Origin: Verrucomicrobiota bacterium
GTDB lineage: Bacteria; Verrucomicrobiota; Verrucomicrobiia; Limisphaerales; UBA11358
Direction of reading: 5' to 3'
Assembly: GCA_049511835.1 (NCBI GenBank)
Contig: JBEKXN010000011.1
Span: 19,015-83,014 of the forward strand
DNA length: 64,000 nt
Shown: positions 52,238 to 64,000 of the stretch, in pieces
Numbering within the stretch: the stretch's first letter is position 1
Layout of the letters: each line of letters begins with the position of its first letter
Made by a program: the position numbers and the translations under genes
Notes under the pieces: generated by a model
Seen by the model: the letters and a program-made list of their open reading frames with translations, nothing else
What the model was told of the DNA's origin: nothing
Database searches by the model: none

Positions 52238-52651
52238 TCAATTTTTCCGTGGATCGGCCAAACCCGCCGTCAACCGGAAACGCGCGACTTCCATCGCCCC
52301 GCGGGTTCCGGGAATCAACGCCGCGAGGCCCGTGTCGGCTTCCTGGAAATAGAAGAACAGCAACACTCGCCCGGCGACCGCCGCGTTGCCGTGATAGAAC
52401 CGGTGCTCGCGCAACAAAAACAGTTTCGCTTCATCGAAGGCCGTCTTCCGACCCAGCGCCTTCGAAGCCACGTGCGCCAGCACCGCCAGCAAATGCGGCG
52501 CGTCATCCGGTTCGGAAGCGTCCAGAAATCTGGTATCACCGGCGAATTCTTCCAGGAAATAATTCAGCGCCAGCTCATAGTCGGTGGGATGCAGCATCCG
52601 CTCGCGCAGTACGCCGAGATGGTGCGGGAGATCTTGGGAAGCTGCATTCAT
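52238..52651 (-). CDS. Hypothetical protein
   Basis: 137-aa ORF co-oriented with the Rieske gene; FYHG and FFYF motifs. Confidence 0.6.
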   Translation of the reverse strand: MNAASQDLPHHLGVLRERMLHPTDYELALNYFLEEFAGDTRFLDASEPDDAPHLLAVLAHVASKALGRKTAFDEAKLFLLREHRFYHGNAAVAGRVLLFFYFQEADTGLAALIPGTRGAMEVARFRLTAGLADPRKN

Positions 52652-52669
52652 GCGACGGCAAGAACTTGT

Positions 52670-52990
52670 TTACCTGTCCGACACGAAGATAATGCCATCC
52701 TGAATCTTTACCTCATGCACCGCCTGCCGCACCCCGAGTTCCAAGGGCATGTTACCGGTCGTAATGTCGAATTTCCAGCCGTGCCACGGACACACGACGC
52801 GCAACGCATCGTCGGCTCCGCGCTCGACGTTTCCTTCGGCCAGCGGGCCGCCCTCGTGGGGGCATGTGCCGCAGAGTGCGGTGATTTTTCCTCCGTGATG
52901 AAACAGGGCGACATCCTGCCCCGCGACCGTCACGGCCTTTTGCGTTCCTTCCGGAAGTTCGGAAACGGCGATGGTTTTCGTGTAGTTCAT
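52670..52990 (-). CDS. Rieske 2Fe-2S ferredoxin
   Basis: CPHEGGPL and CPWHGWKF. Confidence 0.92.
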   Translation of the reverse strand: MNYTKTIAVSELPEGTQKAVTVAGQDVALFHHGGKITALCGTCPHEGGPLAEGNVERGADDALRVVCPWHGWKFDITTGNMPLELGVRQAVHEVKIQDGIIFVSDR

Positions 52991-53015
52991 GATGTTTTTG
53001 TTTTCGAGTGGTGCA

Positions 53016-53117
53016 TCACGTCATCGCGTAAACCTCTGCTCCTTTTTCCACAAACTCGCGAGCTTTTTGTTCCATCCCGGCTTTCAGTGCCTGTGCCCCA
53101 GCCATCTGTTCCTGCTC
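53016..53117 (-). pseudogene. thiC: thiC 3'-end remnant
   Basis: [24 protein letters not shown]; 53024-53057 is 33/34 identical to 59296-59329. Confidence 0.9.
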
Positions 53118-53190
53118 TGGCTCATCGCGCACATTTCGCAGGACTATTGAAGCCGTAATTACGAAATCTCAGGTAAAATCCTGCTTGCGA

Positions 53191-53586
53191 TCAAGCTTGG
53201 TATTGTTCGTCGCTGACCTTTTCCATCCAGTCAACGACCTTGCCGTCGAGCTGTTCCTGAATCGCGATATGCGTCATGGCCGTGGTTGGCGCGGCGCCGT
53301 GCCAATGCTTCTCGCCCGGCGGAAACCAAATCACGTCACCCGGCCGGATTTCCTCAATCGGGCCGCTCCAGCGCTGCACGCGTCCGCAGCCAGCCGTCAC
53401 GATCAGTGTCTGCCCCAGCGGGTGGGTATGCCACGCGGTTCGGGCGCCGGGCTCGAACGTGACGATTGCGCCGGTAACACGCGCGGGATCGCTTCCCTTG
53501 AACGGCGAGTCAATGCGCACCGTGCCGGTAAACCAGTCGGCCGGTCCTTTGTTGGAAGGCTGTGAGCCACTTCGTTTGATTTCCAT
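53191..53586 (-). CDS. Cupin domain protein
   Basis: [31 protein letters not shown]. Confidence 0.9.
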   Translation of the reverse strand: MEIKRSGSQPSNKGPADWFTGTVRIDSPFKGSDPARVTGAIVTFEPGARTAWHTHPLGQTLIVTAGCGRVQRWSGPIEEIRPGDVIWFPPGEKHWHGAAPTTAMTHIAIQEQLDGKVVDWMEKVSDEQYQA

Positions 53587-53613
53587 ATTTCGAATTCCTT
53601 TCCTAAATAAAAT

Positions 53614-53759
53614 TTCCCTCGCCCCGCCCAAGCGGGGAGAGGGTCAGGGCGAGGGGTATTGAAAAATGTGCCACTTCACCCCGTCCCTCTCCCCCGCTAC
53701 GTGGCGGAGAGGGAGAAAGTTCGCATGTAATCTGTGTTCATCCGTGTCCATCCGTGGTT
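53614..53759. repeat. REP-like doublet plus CACGGAT-type repeat
   Basis: CCCTCGCCCCGC..GCGGGGAGAGGG and CCCTCTCC..GGAGAGGG hairpins; 53730-53759 is 26/30 to the reverse complement of 4836-4865. Confidence 0.7.
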
Positions 53760-53781
53760 TAAATTGCTATTTGCCAATCGC

Positions 53782-54795
<1,014 letters not shown>

Positions 54796-55012
54796 TCAGT
54801 TCAATGTCGAAGTTACTTTACCTCACATGGGCGTGATTGTCGCATGCGCTCTTGCCAAACCGGTTTTGTGAGATTGCTCAAAAAACGCCAGCCAGATGAG
54901 GTCGGTCACACATGAACACAGATCAATCTGGAGTCCGATTGACTTCAATTCCTCCGTCCGGCAGAGAGATTCACTATTGTCAGCCAACGCCGGTTGTGAT
55001 AACCCGTGCGAC

Positions 55013-55567
55013 ATGACCACCAAAAATCTGCTTCTGCTCGCCTTTGGTTCATTCATCTGGGGCATGCTGCCCGCTGCCGCCGGTGAATTTCCCGACAGTT
55101 GGTCTTGGGACGACAAACCGGAGCAACGCGCCAGCCACGCCGCCCTCGAAGGCAAGCCCATGCCCGCCTTCCACGTCAGCGATTGGATCAATGGCGGCAT
55201 CACCGCCGCCGACATCAAGGGCAAAGTCATCGTCGTGGATTTATACGCCACCTGGTGCGGCCCCTGCATGAGGGCCATTCCCCACAACAACGAACTCCTC
55301 AAAAAATACAAGGATAAAGGACTGATCATCATCGGTGTCTGCACCTCCAGTCATGGTCAGGAAAAGTTTGTCGCCAACGCCCAGGAACATGGCATGCAGT
55401 ATCCGGCCGCCCGCGATCCCGAATTGAAAACCGAGAAAGCCTGGGAGGTGCACTATTATCCGACCTACGCCATCATTGACCGCAAAGGCATTATCCGCGC
55501 AATCGGCTTGCAACCTCAATACGTCGAAACCGTCGTCCAGAAATTGCTGGCGGAACCCGCGCCGTAA
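55013..55567 (+). CDS. TlpA-family disulfide reductase
   Basis: Signal peptide, ATWCGPC, YPT..IIDRKG.I. Confidence 0.88.
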   Translation: MTTKNLLLLAFGSFIWGMLPAAAGEFPDSWSWDDKPEQRASHAALEGKPMPAFHVSDWINGGITAADIKGKVIVVDLYATWCGPCMRAIPHNNELLKKYKDKGLIIIGVCTSSHGQEKFVANAQEHGMQYPAARDPELKTEKAWEVHYYPTYAIIDRKGIIRAIGLQPQYVETVVQKLLAEPAP

Positions 55568-55620
55568 GGCGGCAAACCAAACGGCTGGAAAAGCTGGCTA
55601 CACTCGATACGAATTGCACG

Positions 55621-55650
55621 CCTTTGCACCTCCGCACCTTTTTCCACAAA
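55621..55650 (-). pseudogene. thiC: Degenerate thiC 3'-end remnant
   Basis: ACCTCCGCACCTTTTTCCACAAA is 21/23 identical to 59304-59326 (FVEKGAEV). Confidence 0.65.
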
Positions 55651-55719
55651 TCAACTTTTGGGCGGCCACTCCGCGCCCGCCAATTCCTTCGGCAATTGCT
55701 TCGGGTCAACCCGGATAAA
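55651..55719 (-). pseudogene. Duplicated 3' end of the cupin gene at 57860-58333
   Basis: VDPKQLPKELAGAEWPPKS* vs VDPKQLPKELAGVEWPPKS*; mostly synonymous differences. Confidence 0.9.
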
Positions 55720-55749
55720 CGAGCAACATTCCGGCTTTGGTCTTGGCGG

Positions 55750-56682
<933 letters not shown>

Positions 56683-56739
56683 CTACTCGAACGGCCCGAA
56701 TTTGCGCAAGCTCCGCGCGCTACTCCACCGCTTGCCGCA

Positions 56740-56765
56740 TTTTACACAAGGCGGCCGACACTACC
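56740..56765 (+). mobile_element. Isolated IS256-like end sequence
   Basis: TTTTACACAA-N7-GACACTACC, same as the IS256 end at 9265-9290 (19/26). Confidence 0.45.
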
Positions 56766-56897
56766 ATCCGGGTTGACCTCGGGCGGCGCTCTGTTAGTCT
56801 GGCGCCATGCTTGGTGAAACTGAAAACGAATTCTCCTGCACCCCGCGCGGCGCTCGCCAAATGCGGGAACGCGAAAGCGCAATTCCCTTTGGTCTAA

Positions 56898-57773
<876 letters not shown>

Positions 57774-57859
57774 CCTGAAGCGGCTGATGAGCCAGAAGGT
57801 GCTGTCTTGCATGGCAACAAAAGGCCAACGTAACCGATCATCGTCGCGCCGATTCACGC

Positions 57860-58333
57860 TCAACTTTTGGGCGGCCACTCCACGCCGGCCAGTTCCTTGG
57901 GCAATTGCTTCGGGTCAACCGGGTAAATGAGCGAGAGGTCCATCTGGGATTTTGAGCCTTGTAGAAATTCCAGTTCCTCCGGTGCGCCGATAATGAGCCA
58001 GAGCACCTCGGCGTCGGTGTCGTTGAACACCTGGCGCAATTGGTCCGGCCCGACCAGCACGCCGCCGTATTTAGGCACGGTCAACGTCTCGTCACCCACG
58101 CGCAGGCGGCCCGTGCCTTCCAGCACGAAATAAAACTCCTCCGCACGGATATGCTTGTGCAGCGTGTTCGCGCTCCGGGGCGGCAACCGCCAGAGCCGCG
58201 CGCCGAGATTCTCACTTTTGGTCCGCTCCAGATAATCCGCGTTCGGGATGCGCATCAGGTTGGAGGGCCGCCAGGAGAGGTCTTCCGGCTTGATGAGAAA
58301 ATATCCGTCTATCGGTTTCATGGAATCACTCAT
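57860..58333 (-). CDS. Cupin domain protein
   Basis: LHKH..AEEFYFVLEG.G, VFND. Confidence 0.85.
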   Translation of the reverse strand: MSDSMKPIDGYFLIKPEDLSWRPSNLMRIPNADYLERTKSENLGARLWRLPPRSANTLHKHIRAEEFYFVLEGTGRLRVGDETLTVPKYGGVLVGPDQLRQVFNDTDAEVLWLIIGAPEELEFLQGSKSQMDLSLIYPVDPKQLPKELAGVEWPPKS

Positions 58334-58375
58334 AATGCATCATTCAATGGTCGGCAAGTGGATGGAAAATAGAAT

Positions 58376-58437
58376 GGGCAGAGCAGCAGCTCTGCCCTAC
58401 CAAATTAAAAACGGTAGGGGGAGGTGCCCCTCCGCCC
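58376..58437. repeat. GTAG-type REP doublet
   Basis: GGGCAGAGCAGCAGCTCTGCCCTACC and GGTAGGGGGAGGTGCCCCTCCGCCC. Confidence 0.7.
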
Positions 58438-58467
58438 AAACTTCCCGCCTTTTGGCTACCAAGGAAA

Positions 58468-59268
58468 TCAAATGACGGTTTCCGTCAGAATAAATTGGCC
58501 GAAATCACATCCCATTTGTATTAGCTTCGGACGATGCGGAAGTTGAGAGATCGCTTCCAGCAATCTTTCTTTGAACTTCGGGTTAGCGTTTATGCGTGCA
58601 CCCAGCCGTATTTCTTTTATGGCTGAAGGATGAAACGGCATCTGTCGAATATCTCCGAGGTTTGAGGCTATTCGATACTCTTTTTCAAATTCCCATTCCT
58701 CAGACTTCCGAAACGTGATGTTAGCAGCAATCTCTGTCGGATCACTTTCTGTGGCGGCAATAACATCAAACGCGGTTTCTGGGTTCTTGTATTTCACCTC
58801 CAAGGCTACATCGAAAGGACGCACTTTGGTGTCGTAGCCAATGCAAATTCCCTGATGAGCCTGCGCATAATATGCCCACATTCGTATTGAATTGGGTATA
58901 GCCGAGAAACAAACAATACCGGTTTGTGTCATCGTCGTTTTCCACCTATCAAGCAGCTTCTCCATTCCCCATTTGAAGGATGATTCAAATTCCTTTTCGG
59001 CATCAGTTGTTGAAACCCCATATCGAAGTGCAAATCCCTCGACGAATTGCCTTCTCAATAAATCAACATTCCAAACAACGGGAGCACAACACTCGAACGG
59101 ATCATTTAACTCTTCCGGGTTTGCTGCGTATAATTGTTGCTTAGAGATTTCGTCAATCGCCCAGTCCGATGGACCGCGATAGCGAAATAAAGTCGGCGGC
59201 GGATTCGCCCGCGCGAGAAATCTTAAAGCCATTTCGGCTTCGATTTCTTCGCGGGAAAAACCTTTCAT
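58468..59268 (-). CDS. DUF2971-like protein, AT-richer than flanks
   Basis: LNDPFE, CFS....MWAYYA..H.GICIGY, KSEEWEFEKEYR. Confidence 0.8.
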   Translation of the reverse strand: MKGFSREEIEAEMALRFLARANPPPTLFRYRGPSDWAIDEISKQQLYAANPEELNDPFECCAPVVWNVDLLRRQFVEGFALRYGVSTTDAEKEFESSFKWGMEKLLDRWKTTMTQTGIVCFSAIPNSIRMWAYYAQAHQGICIGYDTKVRPFDVALEVKYKNPETAFDVIAATESDPTEIAANITFRKSEEWEFEKEYRIASNLGDIRQMPFHPSAIKEIRLGARINANPKFKERLLEAISQLPHRPKLIQMGCDFGQFILTETVI

Positions 59269-59287
59269 CTATAGCTCTCTCGCGAAA

Positions 59288-61384
<2,097 letters not shown>

Positions 61385-61441
61385 TCAGATTCAGGAAAAC
61401 GCTTTTGAAGGAAGGTGGCCTTGGTGGCCCTCCGCAAGGAG

Positions 61442-61568
61442 CTTCCTACGCCAGCATTATCTGGATCAGGTTCCTGGGTCGGCGGCGCTCCCGCGTCGCC
61501 CTCTCAGCCTTCGTCTGCCGCCGACGGTCATAGACCGCCGCTACAGCAGGCCGGTTGGCTCCCCGAAT
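61442..61568 (-). ncRNA. TPP riboswitch
   Basis: Minus strand GGGGAGCC...GGCTGAGAG...GACCC.GGAACCTGATCCAGATAATGCTGGCGTAGGAAG, upstream of thiC. Confidence 0.93.
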
Positions 61569-61680
61569 AGACTGAAAGCTAGGCCGCTTCGGGCCAAGCG
61601 TCAAGCCAGCAGGCATGTTTGCCTCTTGCCGCAAGGAGACTTACGCCGCATGATTTTGACGGCACTTCATTCTCAAACAG

Positions 61681-62739
61681 ATGAGCGTCTTGACCAGCCA
61701 ATTTGAAAAGCGCCCGAAGATTTTTTCCGCCATGGTCAGCCTGGCGTTGGTGGCGGTCATTGGATTGGTGGATTACCTCACCGGCTACGCCATTTTCTTT
61801 TCGGCGTTTTACCTGATTCCGGTGGCGCTGGCGGCGTGGTTTGCCGGCGGCGCACCGGGCGTGGTGATTTCAGCGCTGTGCGTCGTCGTGTCATTGGCTG
61901 GAGATTACGCGGCCGGCGCGCATTATCCCAACGTGCTTGTGCCGATTTGGAACAGCGTCATCGTGTTAGCGGTCTATTTTGTTGTGGTGAAAACGATCAC
62001 GAGCCTGCGACGGCTGCACAATGAACTTGAGGATCGCGTGCGCCAGCGAACGGCGGCACTGGCGGACGAAATACAGGAGCGGGCGCGGCTGGAAAAGGAA
62101 ATTCTGGAAATCAGCGAGCGCGAACAGCGGCGCATCGGACACGACCTCCATGACAGTCTCTGCCAGCATCTGGCGGCGACGGCGATGGCCGGACAGGTGT
62201 TGGGCGAGAAGCTCGCCGCCAGATCATCGCCGGAGGCGGCCGACGCCAGGGAAATGGTGAAACTGGTCGAGGACGGCATCGCTCTGGCGCGAAATCTGGC
62301 TCACGGCATTTCCCCGCCGGAAATGGAAACCGACGGGCTGGTGACCACGCTCCGCGAATTTGCGGCGAACACTTCCCAAATCTTCAAAACCGCCTGCGCG
62401 TTTGAATGTGAATTCCCGCCGATGATCGAGGATACGGCGGCGGCGACGCACCTTTATCGCATCGCGCAGGAGGCCGTCAACAACGCCATCCGCCACGGCA
62501 AGCCGAAACAAATCGTGATCAGCCTTTCCCGCCGGAAAGAGCGCGTGGAACTGACCATTGAAGACGATGGCGTTGGCCTGCCGGATGACTGGCAGAAGAA
62601 TCGCGGCCTGGGCACGCGCATCATGGCGCACCGCGCGGCCATGATTGGCGGAACATTTTTCATTGAACCGAATCCGACCGGCGGGACGTTTGTCAAATGT
62701 TCGATTCCCGTTTCGGCGACCGAAAAGCATTGCGAATGA
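61681..62739 (+). CDS. Membrane sensor histidine kinase (HisKA_3 type)
   Basis: N-terminal TMs, RRIGHDLHD H-box, QEAVNNAIRH, DDGVG, GLG. Confidence 0.92.
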   Translation: MSVLTSQFEKRPKIFSAMVSLALVAVIGLVDYLTGYAIFFSAFYLIPVALAAWFAGGAPGVVISALCVVVSLAGDYAAGAHYPNVLVPIWNSVIVLAVYFVVVKTITSLRRLHNELEDRVRQRTAALADEIQERARLEKEILEISEREQRRIGHDLHDSLCQHLAATAMAGQVLGEKLAARSSPEAADAREMVKLVEDGIALARNLAHGISPPEMETDGLVTTLREFAANTSQIFKTACAFECEFPPMIEDTAAATHLYRIAQEAVNNAIRHGKPKQIVISLSRRKERVELTIEDDGVGLPDDWQKNRGLGTRIMAHRAAMIGGTFFIEPNPTGGTFVKCSIPVSATEKHCE

Positions 62740-63401
62740 CGAACCAACCCGACAAAAAACGGATTTTGCTGGTGGACGACCATCCGCTGGTGCGGGAGTG
62801 GCTGACGAACCTGATCCAGCAACAACCCGACCTGGCGGTATGCGGCGAAACGGAAAGCGCGCCGACCGCCTTGTCGGCGGTTGCAGCGGCCAAACCCGAC
62901 CTCGTCATCGTGGACATCAATTTAAAAAATTCGTCCGGCATCGAATTGATGAAAAATCTTAAGCAATCACATCCGAACGTTCCCGTGTTGGTGCTTTCGA
63001 TGCATGATGAATCGCTTTACGCCGAGCGCGCTTTTCGCGCCGGCGCGAGCGGTTACGTCAACAAGCGCGAAACCGCGCAAAAAGTGGTCGGAGCCATCCG
63101 CCGCGTGCTCGACGGCAAACTTTATGTCAGCGAAAGAACCGCTGAAATCCTGGCCGGCAAAACCGCCCGGGGACAGACGGCGAGCCGTTCGGTGATTGAA
63201 TTATTGAGCGACCGCGAACTGGAGGTGTTCGACAAACTCGGCCAGGGCATCGGCACACGCCAGATCGCGGAGGATTTTCACGTCAGCGTCAAAACCGTCC
63301 AGGAGTATTGCGCCCGCATCAAGGAAAAGCTTCATCTCGCCAGCGCCACGGAATTGCTCCGCGAAGCCGTCCGCTGGCATGACGCAAAAGATTCCGGCTG
63401 A
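62736..63401 (+). CDS. NarL/LuxR-family response regulator
   Basis: LLVDDHPLVR, IVDI, LSMH, LSDRELEV HTH. Confidence 0.93.
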   Translation: MTNQPDKKRILLVDDHPLVREWLTNLIQQQPDLAVCGETESAPTALSAVAAAKPDLVIVDINLKNSSGIELMKNLKQSHPNVPVLVLSMHDESLYAERAFRAGASGYVNKRETAQKVVGAIRRVLDGKLYVSERTAEILAGKTARGQTASRSVIELLSDRELEVFDKLGQGIGTRQIAEDFHVSVKTVQEYCARIKEKLHLASATELLREAVRWHDAKDSG

Positions 63402-63481
63402 ATGCGTGTCGGATTTTGCCCGACAAAAAATTAGGGCGCGCCTGACAGACGGTGCACGGAATTCCGGGCACCTTGCCTGGG

Positions 63482-64000
63482 ATGAGATTTTCAATTGGGA
63501 CTGCGGCGACATGTCGCCGCTTTCAAAGCGCGGACATGTCCGCGCACTCCAAAGCTGGAGTTGCGACCGTCGCGGCAATTTTTGCCGCTACGGTCATGAT
63601 GCAGTCCGGTTGCAGCCGCGGTGAAGGCGACACCGCCAATCCACAGCAGGAATCCAATTCGATCTCAAACACTTCCGTCGAAGCGACCGTGGAATTATCC
63701 GGCGACCAATTGAACGCCATCAAAATCGAGCCGGTGGGAACTTATGTGTTTTCGGTGGAGAAGACGGGCATCGGCAGCGTTGATTTCGAGAACAATCTTT
63801 ATTCCGATCCCGGTCTTTCGACGCAAGTTTTTCCACCGGGCGCGGGAAAAATCGTCAAGGTGTTCGTTGAACTCGGCGACCAGGTTCAAAAAGACGGGCC
63901 GCTTTATTCGATTGAGAGTTCCGACACGAATCAAACCGAGACGATTGTCTGCAGCCCGATCGCCGGTCAGGTCACCGGCGTCAACGCGACGCCGGGACTT
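63482..64000 (+). CDS. RND-type periplasmic adaptor lipoprotein, partial (runs off the window)
   Basis: Open frame from ATG 63482 to the window end; hydrophobic stretch + QSGC; GKIVKVFVELGDQVQKDGPL and SPIAGQV lipoyl-like halves. Confidence 0.75.
   Translation, partial: MRFSIGTAATCRRFQSADMSAHSKAGVATVAAIFAATVMMQSGCSRGEGDTANPQQESNSISNTSVEATVELSGDQLNAIKIEPVGTYVFSVEKTGIGSVDFENNLYSDPGLSTQVFPPGAGKIVKVFVELGDQVQKDGPLYSIESSDTNQTETIVCSPIAGQVTGVNATPGL
63495..63553. repeat. GGAG-type REP doublet overlapping the 5' end of the adaptor gene
   Basis: GCGGCGACATGTCGCCGC and GCGCGGACATGTCCGCGC-ACTCCAAA. Confidence 0.8.

Overview
High-GC bacterial chromosome segment. Protein style (C-terminal ...FYRV secreted protein, REP-like palindromes) suggests Verrucomicrobia subdivision 3; this is inference. 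Left end (1-7.8 kb) is housekeeping: tonB-like/exbD/exbB, NUDIX-like, hpt, CNT nucleoside transporter, dapL, M48 peptidase. Right end is thiC with a TPP riboswitch, a two-component system and a partial RND adaptor. Between them is a ~51 kb accessory patchwork: IS256 and IS1 remnants, lysR-pirin-flavodoxin-VOC, yhiI-rbbA-yhhJ, a C-protein-controlled type II R-M system, a stress/proteostasis cluster (grpE, cbpA, trxC, cbpM, hdeD, ftsH, hsp20, split ligD, dps), a ycaC/amidohydrolase cluster, crtI-like + ABC1 kinase, a 2467-aa secreted multidomain protein, esterases and a DUF2971-like gene. Most striking, the accessory region is punctuated by diverged copies of gene 3' ends. There are three extra thiC tails co-oriented with intact thiC (20767, 53016, 55621), plus cupin, lysR, pirin and unknown tails, and no integrase in the window. 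This suggests repeated cassette accretion at the thiC 3' end. thiC itself and its riboswitch carry REP-like insertions, in frame within the CDS. No rRNA, tRNA or CRISPR array was recognised. All calls are by eye; no database search was run.
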